A program made the translations under genes and the position numbers. DNA of 64,000 nucleotides, from positions 24,349 through 88,348 of IMG/VR virus record IMGVR_UViG_3300009163_000025; one strand, written 5' to 3'. Position 1 is the stretch's first letter; each line of letters begins with the position of its first letter. This document shows, piece after piece, positions 1 to 9,619 of the stretch. The notes below the pieces were generated by a model. It did no database searches, was not told the DNA's origin, and worked only from the letters and a program-made list of their open reading frames with translations. Source of the stretch: a virus.

Positions 1-66
1 TGTTTAAAATACTTATCGTTTTCACGTTGAATAACAAAGATTTTAGATTTCATTTTATTTCACTTC

Positions 67-130
67 AAAAAAAAAGGGGGAAAACATTACGCAACACAAG
101 TCCGCCTAGCGGTAGGGCTAGTTTTCCCCT
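67..130 (-). terminator. large-loop stem followed by a U9 tract
   Basis: Minus strand GGGGAAAAC...GTTTTCCCC followed by T9. Confidence 0.5.
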
Positions 131-257
131 CAAGGATATTCTTTACAATTTTATCTGTCATAATTACACCACCATATGCACGGCGATAAATTTCAGCACA
201 TTCTTTAATTCCAAAAACTAAAACTTTACCAGTTGGCATGAGGAGGGTGTAATTCAT
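87..257 (-). CDS. small hypothetical protein (56 aa, MNYTLLMPTGKV...)
   Basis: Translated by hand; starts just after the GP88 stop codon; below the ORF-track cutoff. Confidence 0.55.
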   Translation of the reverse strand: MNYTLLMPTGKVLVFGIKECAEIYRRAYGGVIMTDKIVKNILEGKTSPTARRTCVA

Positions 258-258
258 T

Positions 259-1008
259 TTAAGCCGCCATTAATATAAGAGTAGGATACTTTACAAAACC
301 AGTGGTGTCTTTTTTTGCTTTGCCTTTTGCATACAAACCAACAACAACACCTTTAGGATCAAGGAAACGCAAATCGGATTCGTCACCATTGAAAACTGGC
401 ATACCCATATAAGTCTCAGGCATTGGCAAAGTTTTCTTAATACCAAACACGGTAGCAACATTATAACCTTGTTGAATTGCTTTTGCAACATCAACATCAT
501 TGCCGTCAGCGGCAGAAAATGTCAAATGGTAGTTAGCGATATCAACAATTTTACGACCAAGAATCTTGGTGTAGTCATAGAATTGGACTTCAGGAAAAGC
601 GGTGAACATGTTACGAAACAATTGACCGTTACGGACAACTTCATACTTTTCAAACGCAAGGTCGGAAGTACCATTCAAACGGAATACAGGAATCAGGTTC
701 ATCCGTTTGCTTTGCTTAATTGCTAATTCAATATCGGCAACCAGCAGGTTCATAAATTGAATACGGTCTTCGAAAAACATTTTGGTTTTGCGAATGCGGG
801 CTTGTTGAATAACGTTAGTGGTTTCGCCACGCTTAAACATACCGCCACGACCAGCGAGGTTCAAACAAGCGGCAGTACAACCAGCGGTACGCTTGGCGCA
901 AGTTTCATAGCCACTCAAATCTGCTGGCGCAAGGTGCAGAATGTAGGTATTGTAACCTTGTGACATTCCTTTAAGAACTTTGGGGTTTCCAGTAGATAGA
1001 AGTTTCAT
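259..1008 (-). CDS. GP88-family protein (Cys-motif, radical-SAM-like)
   Basis: CAKRTAGCTAACL Cys cluster, RLNGTSD, FYDYTK and GDESDLRFLDP motifs; start placed at MKLLSTG after an AAGGA SD. Confidence 0.75.
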   Translation of the reverse strand: MKLLSTGNPKVLKGMSQGYNTYILHLAPADLSGYETCAKRTAGCTAACLNLAGRGGMFKRGETTNVIQQARIRKTKMFFEDRIQFMNLLVADIELAIKQSKRMNLIPVFRLNGTSDLAFEKYEVVRNGQLFRNMFTAFPEVQFYDYTKILGRKIVDIANYHLTFSAADGNDVDVAKAIQQGYNVATVFGIKKTLPMPETYMGMPVFNGDESDLRFLDPKGVVVGLYAKGKAKKDTTGFVKYPTLILMAA

Positions 1009-1043
1009 AAAATTTCCTTTTGTTTTCTCACTCAACAGAATCT

Positions 1044-1071
1044 ATTGTACACCGTTCCGAACGTAAGTCAA
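1044..1071 (-). promoter_or_regulatory. sigma70-type early promoter
   Basis: TTGACT-N16-TACAAT; closely similar to the promoters at 14888 and 16307. Confidence 0.8.
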
Positions 1072-1085
1072 GGGTTATTTTTGCT

Positions 1086-1210
1086 GTGGGGTAAAAACAA
1101 CAATAGGTGTTGCAAAAAAACAACGCAAAAAACCGCCTTTTGGGCGGTTTTTCTAGTCTAGGAGGGGTCTGAGTACAGTCTAGGACGAAGAGCCGCCCAA
1201 AAGCCGCCCT
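1086..1210. repeat. intergenic element copy 1 (two GT[TG]G-N8-CAAC boxes, GC hairpin, AGGAGGGGT core)
   Basis: Alignable by eye with 16349-16480. Confidence 0.7.
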
Positions 1211-1619
1211 ATACTGTCTTCTGATGCCAACTGCGAAGTGCTTTATCCAAGTTTCGGAATGCTTCCTCTTCCTCATCGGTTGTTTTATCATATGCGTATG
1301 ATGTTGTACTTCCACCCAAATCTAATGGAGCGGTTGTATAAGTTGGTGGTTGATAATTATTCATTGTACTCATTGCGCTAAAATCATATTTAACTTCATT
1401 TTTTTCATCCCTAACTGCATCAAATACAGTTTGAAATTTTTCATACAATGTAGAATCGATATCGTCAATCATACCTTCAAGTGTATAGATTGCAGATTGC
1501 ACCACTTTCATATCTACATCATTCTCTGCGCCAGCAACAAGAAGTTTAAAGAGATTTTTAAACTCCCCAACTCGGATGATTGCAGATTCCAGTTCAGTTA
1601 GTTCAGCCCAATGTTTCAT
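1209..1619 (-). CDS. hypothetical protein
   Basis: ORF with GGAG SD in a minus-strand operon. Confidence 0.7.
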   Translation of the reverse strand: MKHWAELTELESAIIRVGEFKNLFKLLVAGAENDVDMKVVQSAIYTLEGMIDDIDSTLYEKFQTVFDAVRDEKNEVKYDFSAMSTMNNYQPPTYTTAPLDLGGSTTSYAYDKTTDEEEEAFRNLDKALRSWHQKTV

Positions 1620-1783
1620 ATTGACTCCAGTTTAATAGGTTTTGGTGCAGGTTGTTCTTGCACCGATTCTTTAATAACGCCTTGAAAATTATTTACCGAT
1701 TTATCAATCAATTTTGCAATGCCAGTTGTACCAGCAGTTGCAAGAAAGATTCCAAACGCAATACCAAATGCAAAATTTATCAT
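1616..1783 (-). CDS. small membrane protein (55 aa, MINFAFGIAFGIFL...)
   Basis: Hand translation; ATGA overlaps with both neighbours. Confidence 0.6.
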   Translation of the reverse strand: MINFAFGIAFGIFLATAGTTGIAKLIDKSVNNFQGVIKESVQEQPAPKPIKLESI

Positions 1784-2088
1784 GCTGTGATCCAATCAAT
1801 ATCATCACGAATTTCTACAGATTCAGCACCATCATATTCGTGAATACGAAAAGCAGTACCGACAGGCAACCATTGAACTTTTAAATCACCTGCACCACCA
1901 CAGTATGTGTCTGGATATTTGGCTTCGCAATATTGTGTAATTGTTTCAGAATTTGTTCCGTCTTCAATCATCTCTACAATAGTTGGATCAAACAACAATT
2001 CTGAATTAGAATTCCATGTTGACCAACCAGCACCAAATCCTGGAGATACAAGTACTGCAACTTTTCCATCACGAATAACTTTGTTCAT
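1780..2088 (-). CDS. conserved phage hypothetical protein
   Basis: VAVLVSPGFGAGWSTW and EYDGAESV motifs of a common phage family. Confidence 0.75.
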   Translation of the reverse strand: MNKVIRDGKVAVLVSPGFGAGWSTWNSNSELLFDPTIVEMIEDGTNSETITQYCEAKYPDTYCGGAGDLKVQWLPVGTAFRIHEYDGAESVEIRDDIDWITA

Positions 2089-2309
2089 AACATAAATTTC
2101 CTAAGAACTTTTTTTGCATCCGAAAACTCACTAATCATTGATTCATCAATCAATTCATGTAAGATCAATTTCATTAGCACATCACTCATTCTTTTATCAC
2201 CATCAGTTAAAGATTCATACCACTCAAGATATTCATCTTCTTTATCGATTGACCACATAGCATCTAGCAATTCAACTTGATGTTCTGTCAAATTTTCGAT
2301 TTTAATCAT
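2085..2309 (-). CDS. hypothetical protein
   Basis: ORF coupled to its neighbours. Confidence 0.65.
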   Translation of the reverse strand: MIKIENLTEHQVELLDAMWSIDKEDEYLEWYESLTDGDKRMSDVLMKLILHELIDESMISEFSDAKKVLRKFML

Positions 2310-3145
2310 ACTTCAATCACCTTTGCAAAATATGGTTCTTTATCATTGCTTTCACGTTCGTAGTTAACGTAGCCTCTTGGATTGCAAACAACTCTAGTAC
2401 TACCAATCATGTAATCAAACACTTCATGCGTATGCCCATGCGTCCACAGTTTAATTTCAGGATGATCTAAAATAAAATCATTTAAATCGCTAGAGTATGC
2501 ACCATTCATCATAGTCTCATGTTTATAACGTGGATGAGTAGATTGTTTGCTAGGTGCATGATGCCCAACAACAACATACTTGTTAGATTTACCCATCAAA
2601 GAAATCATCAATCGAATGTACTCAAGCATTTTTCTATGATCTTCAACTGAATCTTCTGGTGTAAAACGTGGCGGTCTTGTTTTTGTATGAATACGATTGC
2701 TGTTTGTAACACAACGGAAGTCATTCATAATACCTTTGATATTATACAGAGTAAGTCCATCTTCTTTGTTCATATCTGTCCAAAGTGTTCCGCCAATGAA
2801 AGTAACGTCATCAATAGTCACATGTGATTTGTCAAGAAACTTTACACCAATATCGTGACATGCACTACCTAGGATAGTTGCAGTTGTTGCAAAGTCTCCA
2901 TTATAGTGTTCGTGATTACCCATAATATAAAGAACATGTTTATATTCTTTAACACAATTTTTCAAGAATTCAATGAACCTATGTCCTTTGTATTCTATGG
3001 TTTGATTGGGATCACCAACTGCGTTTTCAACTTCATTGGCAGTCATAATATCACCACTTAGAATGAGAACGTCAGCATTCTCAGGATTGACTGGATACCA
3101 GTCTCCAAATTCCAAGTGTATATCTGATGTAATTGCAACTTTCAT
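2306..3145 (-). CDS. calcineurin-like metallophosphoesterase
   Basis: SDIHLE, GDI, GNHE and HGHTH motifs. Confidence 0.9.
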   Translation of the reverse strand: MKVAITSDIHLEFGDWYPVNPENADVLILSGDIMTANEVENAVGDPNQTIEYKGHRFIEFLKNCVKEYKHVLYIMGNHEHYNGDFATTATILGSACHDIGVKFLDKSHVTIDDVTFIGGTLWTDMNKEDGLTLYNIKGIMNDFRCVTNSNRIHTKTRPPRFTPEDSVEDHRKMLEYIRLMISLMGKSNKYVVVGHHAPSKQSTHPRYKHETMMNGAYSSDLNDFILDHPEIKLWTHGHTHEVFDYMIGSTRVVCNPRGYVNYERESNDKEPYFAKVIEV

Positions 3146-3756
3146 TAGTCTACCTTCATTGCATTTAATTCGCTAATCTTTTGTGTTTCAATCTTATCTG
3201 TTTGTTTATCTAACTCACGAAAAGATTTAGATGCACGTAACTGAGCATAGAGTGCGGCGTTACGTTGTACTTCAGCAAGCATGATCTTGTTTGATTCGTC
3301 AGCAGAGAAACGCAGTCTAACGAATGTACGAAAGCCACTACCTTCTTTTACTGTCATAAAGTTAACACGTTGTACACCAACTAAATTTACTTTAGAAACA
3401 ATCAATCGTGTAGTACGTTCAATGTCAGCATTAGCAACACCTTTACCTAACACACCAGATTCAACTGCAAAGTCTTTCATCATAGCACTAGTGTATGAAG
3501 AATAGTTAGATGCAAGTTCACGTTTAGCAGACAACATTGCTTTGTCTACAGAGAACTGAAAATCGTTTGAGTATTCAGTACCAACACCATAGATAGCAGA
3601 ATCATCTTTCTTTGGTGCATCAGCATACCACTTAGGATAGTCAACTTCATTACTAAACATTTTTGTTTCACTCACACTCGGACCATCTTTGATAGTACTA
3701 CATGCGCTTAATGAAATTACAAACGGCACCACAATATAACAGAGTAATTTTTCCAT
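3145..3756 (-). CDS. LPP20-like lipoprotein
   Basis: Lipobox LSAC; PKWY...YGVG...AKRELA pattern. Confidence 0.7.
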   Translation of the reverse strand: MEKLLCYIVVPFVISLSACSTIKDGPSVSETKMFSNEVDYPKWYADAPKKDDSAIYGVGTEYSNDFQFSVDKAMLSAKRELASNYSSYTSAMMKDFAVESGVLGKGVANADIERTTRLIVSKVNLVGVQRVNFMTVKEGSGFRTFVRLRFSADESNKIMLAEVQRNAALYAQLRASKSFRELDKQTDKIETQKISELNAMKVD

Positions 3757-3759
3757 GAT

Positions 3760-3888
3760 TTATTTTCCCACATTCTTAATGTATTGACCTGCTTGATTCA
3801 AGTCTTGTCCAGCACCTTGCAAAGTGCCACCCACAGTACCACAGCCAGTTAAGACTATCAGTACACCCATAATAAAAAGAGACTTCAT
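3760..3888 (-). CDS. entericidin-like small lipoprotein (42 aa)
   Basis: Hand translation MKSLFIMGVLIVLTGCGTVGGTLQGAGQDLNQAGQYIKNVGK; lipobox LTGC and GAGQD motif. Confidence 0.7.
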   Translation of the reverse strand: MKSLFIMGVLIVLTGCGTVGGTLQGAGQDLNQAGQYIKNVGK

Positions 3889-3890
3889 AC

Positions 3891-4619
3891 TTACCTCATA
3901 ATGTTAATTTGATGATTTACAAGTTTCCTTCCTAAGAAAGGAAGACTCATTACCAACTGATCAAACTCAAGTGTACTATACTTCGGTTGAAATGTCAAGT
4001 TATCTTCGGTAAACAAAAACACTAGAACTTCTTTTGATTGTTGTTTTGTTATTGGCAATAATGCTTCGAACTTTTGATTTGCCGTTGGCAAAGTAAATTC
4101 TTTGTTTGGCAATTTAACAGAGTACTGGTGTATTAGTCGGTATTCATTGCCTGTCATGTTGAATACCGCAAGTTTACCAGCACGATTGATAACAGCATTG
4201 AATGCAAATCTATCACCATGTTTGTACTCTGTTTTGCCGTCTACTTTGAATTGAATTTGATTTGTGACCTTTTCTACATCTGCAACAATGTCAACAAAAC
4301 AAATTGTTTGCTTATGTTGTGGTGCTGTGTAACGATTCTTGCTAATGACGTTTTTGACTTCGCCGCTTGTCTCCGAAAAGTATTTTCGATACGATGTACA
4401 ATACTCATCCTTACAAATTTCGTTTGTTGAATGTTCAATTAGTTCACCAACAAATTTCTCAATAGCATCTTTCTTAGCACGTTCTTCTGCTAGACTACAT
4501 GCAATGTTTTCTGCTGTTTCTGGACCGAAACGATACTCACCATTTCCTACGACTGTCGCATTTGCCGAGAGTCCTCCGAGTATTGCAAGTATTGCGAGGG
4601 AAAGTTTTGCCTTAACCAT
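3891..4619 (-). CDS. exported protein
   Basis: Signal peptide; AEERAKKDAIE helix as seen in LPP20/FlgT-like partners. Confidence 0.6.
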   Translation of the reverse strand: MVKAKLSLAILAILGGLSANATVVGNGEYRFGPETAENIACSLAEERAKKDAIEKFVGELIEHSTNEICKDEYCTSYRKYFSETSGEVKNVISKNRYTAPQHKQTICFVDIVADVEKVTNQIQFKVDGKTEYKHGDRFAFNAVINRAGKLAVFNMTGNEYRLIHQYSVKLPNKEFTLPTANQKFEALLPITKQQSKEVLVFLFTEDNLTFQPKYSTLEFDQLVMSLPFLGRKLVNHQINIMR

Positions 4620-4732
4620 GATATAGCATCCTGTTCATTATCAAAATATGGACCAATAATTCGAGTGTTTTGCATCCAAAAATAAGTATAGGTTGCCATT
4701 TGTGCATCCCTATACTTTATCAATTCAAGCAA
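4547..4732 (-). CDS. hypothetical protein
   Basis: Short ORF overlapping both neighbours. Confidence 0.45.
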   Translation of the reverse strand: MLELIKYRDAQMATYTYFWMQNTRIIGPYFDNEQDAISWLRQNFPSQYLQYSEDSRQMRQS

Positions 4733-5195
4733 TTTTCAATCCTTTAAGTCTATCTGCGGCATATGATGCGGCAAACGCTTTTGGTTTCACCATAGGAATT
4801 ACATTACATGTTCCACGAATGTAACCAATTGCTTCTTGAAGAACACATGAAGAACCAAACATTTCATTCGGATTAATATCCAAATGAACTTCAACTTCTC
4901 TATCTTCTAATACGTCAAAAAGTTTCAAGTATAACTCCGAAAGTTTATATGCTTCGTTCATTAAACGATAGCGTGGTTTACTAACTTTTTTATCAAAATC
5001 TTTTTCACGTATCACTTCACCAAAAAGTTTACATCCATGTTTACCATCGATATGAACAACGATTGCAAGTATGTAGTCTGCGTACCAAACACCATCAACA
5101 CGCAATCTTTCAGAATCGCACCCCAAATAGATTTTAGTCTCAGGCGTCTGTTTTTCAATGAACTCTTTTACTTCTTCTAAATTTAATTTTGCCAC
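4725..5195 (-). CDS. RNase H-like protein (YkuK/DUF458 type)
   Basis: IYLGCDS, EVHLDIN and AASYAAD motifs. Confidence 0.8.
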   Translation of the reverse strand: MAKLNLEEVKEFIEKQTPETKIYLGCDSERLRVDGVWYADYILAIVVHIDGKHGCKLFGEVIREKDFDKKVSKPRYRLMNEAYKLSELYLKLFDVLEDREVEVHLDINPNEMFGSSCVLQEAIGYIRGTCNVIPMVKPKAFAASYAADRLKGLKIA

Positions 5196-5255
5196 AATAT
5201 TTCCTAAGTCATGACTACATTATTGCACAATAACAATTGCCTGTCAAGTTATTTA

Positions 5256-5329
5256 TGGCATCCCGCCAGGGATTCGAACCCCGATCAACGGTTTTGGAGA
5301 CCGCTATGTTGCCTTTACACTAGCGAGAT
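5256..5329 (-). tRNA. tRNA-Trp(CCA)
   Basis: Cloverleaf, loop CT-CCA-AA, encoded CCA end. Confidence 0.9.
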
Positions 5330-5331
5330 AT

Positions 5332-5406
5332 TGGTGGGCTTAAGTGGATTCGAACCACTACCTTATCAATTATGAGTTGACGGCACTACCTTTATGCTAT
5401 AAGCCC
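5332..5406 (-). tRNA. tRNA-Ile2(CAT) (lysidine type; Met less likely)
   Basis: Loop CT-CAT-AA; Ile-like GGGCTT acceptor stem. Confidence 0.75.
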
Positions 5407-5409
5407 AAT

Positions 5410-5494
5410 TGGTATGAGTAGCCGGAATCGAACCGGCATGCCTTGCGGCGAGAGATTTTAAGTCTCTTGCGTCTACCTATTTCGCCATACTCAC
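5410..5494 (-). tRNA. tRNA-Leu(TAA)
   Basis: Long variable arm, loop CT-TAA-AA. Confidence 0.92.
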
Positions 5495-6763
5495 TCAACT
5501 ACCATCATTTGCGATTTGAAGCCTCAACTCTTGCAGTTGGTGTAAGGTAATTTTATCGAAAAATCCATAGCCGAAGTGTGTATCAGAATCCATGATTTTA
5601 AAATTCTTTTCGTTGAAAACAAAACTTAGCGATCTGTAGTAATTTCTTGAGTCACCAAAACGCATTGCATGAATGAAATCATGAAACGCATCACTTTCTT
5701 CTAAGATTTTTTGCGCTGGTTCTTTAATTCCATTCCAGAATGGTGTATCGTGAATACTGCCATCACGATACATGTATGCGATAACAGTAGCAACATTATT
5801 AATTTCAGCAGATATTACCGCATTTGCTCCTTCTTTTGATCCACCATATGCAATATACCCAACAATTGCACGATTGATTGTGTCATATAAGTGTAGTGAA
5901 TTTGCAAATAGCGGTTCGAAAAATACAGCACGATTACCATTCTTAAAAATTCTTTTACCAATAATTTGTTTAGCACGATATGAATTGAATTTGTATTCAA
6001 TATTTTGCAACTCTTCTACAGGAACACCAATCTCTTTAGAGAAATTTTGAAGTGCTTCTTCTTTCGTTGTTATTGTATCATTAAAAAGATATCCATAACT
6101 TTTTCTATTGGTTAATGGCACACCAAACATCCATCCATCCGGTGTCGCTCTATGTAATGTATATTTCCATCCTTCTTTATCATCCTCTTGAACATTATGA
6201 ACAAGGCAATGATTGACTGTTTGAACGGGCATCAAACTGTAATCTTCATATGATTTTGGAAACCCACGACAATCTACAACAAAATCGTAATTGTGTTCTT
6301 CACCATCGATAACCATAGTGACTTTATCATCATGCTCCGTCATTGAATCGACTGTACCAACTACTTCTTTAAATTTTTCACGCCAAACTTTTTTGAGTCT
6401 AGGTATTGCAAATTCTCTAAGTTTAAATGTATTAAAATGAATCGCCGCACTACCATTAATTAATGGATTGTGAAAGTCGTGTTCACGCCAATTTTCAAAT
6501 TTTGTTGTTAGTTTTAATGTTGCGTCTAATTCTTCTAAATTATCATACAAATTAAATCGTGTACCATATTCAAGCGCAGTAATGAATGTTGGATTTGTAC
6601 TCTCACCAATTCCTACAATAGGAATAGATGGATCATGAATTGACACAACCTCAAATTCAAGCCCATCAAGCCAAGCAAGAAAAAAAGATAATGACTGAAT
6701 GCCAGCACTACCAGTTCCAATAACTGCAACTTTTTTCTTTATGATTTCTTTTACACTATGCAT
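5495..6763 (-). CDS. flavin-dependent tryptophan-halogenase-like protein
   Basis: GTGSAG dinucleotide-binding motif, GIGEST, WMFGVP, FFEPL. Confidence 0.8.
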   Translation of the reverse strand: MHSVKEIIKKKVAVIGTGSAGIQSLSFFLAWLDGLEFEVVSIHDPSIPIVGIGESTNPTFITALEYGTRFNLYDNLEELDATLKLTTKFENWREHDFHNPLINGSAAIHFNTFKLREFAIPRLKKVWREKFKEVVGTVDSMTEHDDKVTMVIDGEEHNYDFVVDCRGFPKSYEDYSLMPVQTVNHCLVHNVQEDDKEGWKYTLHRATPDGWMFGVPLTNRKSYGYLFNDTITTKEEALQNFSKEIGVPVEELQNIEYKFNSYRAKQIIGKRIFKNGNRAVFFEPLFANSLHLYDTINRAIVGYIAYGGSKEGANAVISAEINNVATVIAYMYRDGSIHDTPFWNGIKEPAQKILEESDAFHDFIHAMRFGDSRNYYRSLSFVFNEKNFKIMDSDTHFGYGFFDKITLHQLQELRLQIANDGS

Positions 6764-6788
6764 TATTTCTCCTTAACGAATTTTATAA

Positions 6789-7394
6789 TTATTCAACTTT
6801 TTTCATCGTATTAAAACTAATAATCACTCTATTCTTAGTTTGATTTTGTTCATAGTTTGACCCATGCTTTAACCAACTAGGAAAGAATAAAATATCTCCC
6901 GCACCAACTTTAATAGTCCAAAGATCGACAGTATACATTGTTTTGATTTTAGTTGGTGTTAAACATTTTATTTGATTCAATGGCGCATCAAATGTTATAC
7001 CTGTACTATCCTCATCAACATTAATGTATATAGCGGCTGATGCCCAACTATCTGGATGATAATGTTGTTTTAAAACGCTACCTTCATGCTGTATTGCATA
7101 CCATGAATTTGTGATAGCCAATCGATACATTCCAAATTTTTCTGCGTATTCATTAATGCCATTTTCAAGAAATTCATACAGCCCATGACAACTTGGAATA
7201 TTTTTTTCTAATTCTTGAATGAATAATGTTTCTTCAAGATAACTTGTCCTAACGTTTCCAGTTAAAGTGTCGTGTGAAGTGCCGTGTGGTTTTGCCATTA
7301 TATATTCAAATATATCTTTTCGGCGCTGTTCTTCAATGACACCTCTGTGCCATCTAACCAAAGTTGGGAATATATCAAAGTCTATTGTTTCCAT
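6789..7394 (-). CDS. 2OG-Fe(II) oxygenase (TIGR02466-like)
   Basis: HYHP, FFPSWLKH and RVIISFN motifs. Confidence 0.8.
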   Translation of the reverse strand: METIDFDIFPTLVRWHRGVIEEQRRKDIFEYIMAKPHGTSHDTLTGNVRTSYLEETLFIQELEKNIPSCHGLYEFLENGINEYAEKFGMYRLAITNSWYAIQHEGSVLKQHYHPDSWASAAIYINVDEDSTGITFDAPLNQIKCLTPTKIKTMYTVDLWTIKVGAGDILFFPSWLKHGSNYEQNQTKNRVIISFNTMKKVE

Positions 7395-7395
7395 A

Positions 7396-7917
7396 TCAAA
7401 CGAAAAATGTAAATGTTAATCGGGAATCTTCAATTGTAGTTCCAAAAAATCTTTGTGGACGATGAAGTATATTCTTATATAGCACAAGTCGGTTAAATTT
7501 ATTTTCAACTACAATTTCTTTACCATTTGAAACCAAAATCGTTCCACTATTAGGTTCAGGTGTTTTATTTAGATAGATCACACCAGCACAAGAACATTGA
7601 TCTGTGTGCCACCAATGCCGAACTGGTATATCATAATTAGCAAATTCTGGAATGATTGCAAGATATGCACTTGCCTTTGTGTAATCGAATTTAACTGACT
7701 TTGATACTATTTGTTTCAATGTATCAATTTGAGTCTTACTGATATCCGTAGAACGATATCCACGCCACATTGCAGGCGGCCGTGAAGGTTCATTGGAGTC
7801 AATTTGAACTCCATCAATAATCCTGTCTTCAAATGTATAATAAGTTGCAATCCTTGAAAGTGCGACTAATTGATCTGGATCAGATAAAATGTTATCAACT
7901 ACAATATAATCATTCAT
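7396..7917 (-). CDS. 2OG-Fe(II) oxygenase-like protein
   Basis: HTD, GVIYLN, NKFNRLVLY and ILH motifs. Confidence 0.75.
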   Translation of the reverse strand: MNDYIVVDNILSDPDQLVALSRIATYYTFEDRIIDGVQIDSNEPSRPPAMWRGYRSTDISKTQIDTLKQIVSKSVKFDYTKASAYLAIIPEFANYDIPVRHWWHTDQCSCAGVIYLNKTPEPNSGTILVSNGKEIVVENKFNRLVLYKNILHRPQRFFGTTIEDSRLTFTFFV

Positions 7918-7922
7918 AATTA

Positions 7923-7997
7923 TGGCCCGACCTGAGGGAATCGAACCCCCATAATGACTTTAGAAGAATCATGTCCTATCCGTTGAACGAAGGTCGG
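7923..7997 (-). tRNA. tRNA-Arg(TCT)
   Basis: Loop CT-TCT-AA, CCA end. Confidence 0.88.
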
Positions 7998-8004
7998 AAT
8001 AAAT

Positions 8005-8078
8005 TGGAGCGGGATATGAGAATCGAACTCATAACTGAAGTTTGGAAGACTGCCGTTTTACCACTAAACTAATCCCGC
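8005..8078 (-). tRNA. tRNA-Gly(TCC)
   Basis: GCGGGA acceptor, loop CT-TCC-AA. Confidence 0.9.
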
Positions 8079-8081
8079 AAT

Positions 8082-8156
8082 TGGTGGAGATGGAGAGAAT
8101 CGAACTCTCAATTTCTGGTTGCAAACCAGATGTGTTCCCATTAGCACTACACCCCC
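8082..8156 (-). tRNA. tRNA-Ala(TGC)
   Basis: G3:U70 pair, loop TT-TGC-AA. Confidence 0.92.
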
Positions 8157-8738
8157 TTAAATATCTTTCTTAACGTAATGACAATTAATTGCAATACTCA
8201 ATCTATCTTCATCACTACGATTTTCATTTACATAATGCATTAGCCAACTAGGAAAAATCAAAAGTGTTCCTGCGTTAGGTGCTACAACAAATATACTGCT
8301 GTTGAATTCATTATAACTACTAATAATTTCGTCGGAATAAGAATGCAATGCGGCCGCATTTGGTGTTGTAAATTCTATAGTTCCAAATTCTTTTTTTCCT
8401 ATTGGATAATAAACCGCACTAAAAAAAGAAGTTGGATGTGTATGAGGTTTGCTTGTTACATAACAATTATTTATTGTACACCAAGCCTCTCTAATTTTTA
8501 AAAAATATTCATCACTAAATCCATATCGTTTGTATACTTCATTAAATTTATTTTCAACATGATCGAATAAGTCTTTGATAACACCACTAACATTTTCTTG
8601 TCTTATCCAAGATTGATGATCCGACATACGATTTTTTTCTGTGATAAGATTTTTACGACAAAAATTAACAATTGACTCATTGTCCAATGATAATTGATCC
8701 ACCGCTAAAAATGTTGTAAATATGTTCGTATATTGCAT
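8157..8738 (-). CDS. 2OG-Fe(II) oxygenase (TIGR02466-like)
   Basis: PHTHP, IFPSWLMH and RLSIAIN motifs; paralog of 6789-7394. Confidence 0.82.
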   Translation of the reverse strand: MQYTNIFTTFLAVDQLSLDNESIVNFCRKNLITEKNRMSDHQSWIRQENVSGVIKDLFDHVENKFNEVYKRYGFSDEYFLKIREAWCTINNCYVTSKPHTHPTSFFSAVYYPIGKKEFGTIEFTTPNAAALHSYSDEIISSYNEFNSSIFVVAPNAGTLLIFPSWLMHYVNENRSDEDRLSIAINCHYVKKDI

Positions 8739-8758
8739 AAATTCCCCACAAAATAAAT

Positions 8759-8832
8759 TGGTCTCGATGGCAAGAATCGAACTTGCGCCTCATGGTCCCA
8801 AACCACGAATGATACCATTTCACCACACCGAG
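8759..8832 (-). tRNA. tRNA-Pro(TGG)
   Basis: Loop TT-TGG-GA. Confidence 0.9.
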
Positions 8833-8865
8833 TTTTCTCTATTATACATCAATCTGCTATCAATG

Positions 8866-9609
8866 TCAAAGCAAATTGATTATATTCTTTACCAGACTGT
8901 CTACGTCATTTCTTGTTTTGCCGCCAAGAACAACAATTGCAAATCTGTCTTCTCTTTTATGTACAATCATCACAACGCATTTACCAGCAAGATTTGTTGT
9001 TCCGGTCTTGGACATTTCAATCACATCAAATTTAGATAACAAATTTTTATTTGTGCTATTGATTTCAATCAATCGCTCTCTATTCTTTTTATCATACACA
9101 TGAAGATCATATTCACGCAATGATGCAATTTCTTTTATCTTCTCAATGTTATACGCATAATTCAGTAGTGTAACTAACTCAACTGCATTACTCACATTCT
9201 TTGGACTCAATCCAGATGGGTCATCAAACTTTGTATTAACCATTCCTAACATTTCTGCTTTACGATTCATTTGATATACGAACCATGCTTTACCATGATT
9301 GCTATCTGCTAATGCATCGGCTGCCTTGTTGTCACTTTTAACTAATAACAAATTCAACAATTCTTCTCTAGTAAATTTTTTGCTAGAGAAAAACATTCCC
9401 CTATATGTAACTTTCTCATCCAATGGCAGTCCACTCTCCATGATAACAATAGCAGTCATCAATTTCGTAATACTTGCAATTGGTTTTACATCATAAATTT
9501 CAGAGTCAACTATTGGAATATCTTTTGTTATGTTATGTGCGTAAACTGTTATTGCATTTGCATTCATACACATAAAAACTGTGAGTATGCAATATAGTAT
9601 TTTTTTCAT
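8866..9609 (-). CDS. D-Ala-D-Ala peptidase (peptidase S11, PBP5/PBP7-like)
   Basis: Signal peptide; SxxK (ASITK), SDN and KTG motifs. Confidence 0.9.
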   Translation of the reverse strand: MKKILYCILTVFMCMNANAITVYAHNITKDIPIVDSEIYDVKPIASITKLMTAIVIMESGLPLDEKVTYRGMFFSSKKFTREELLNLLLVKSDNKAADALADSNHGKAWFVYQMNRKAEMLGMVNTKFDDPSGLSPKNVSNAVELVTLLNYAYNIEKIKEIASLREYDLHVYDKKNRERLIEINSTNKNLLSKFDVIEMSKTGTTNLAGKCVVMIVHKREDRFAIVVLGGKTRNDVDSLVKNIINLL

Positions 9610-9619
9610 ATTTACTTTC

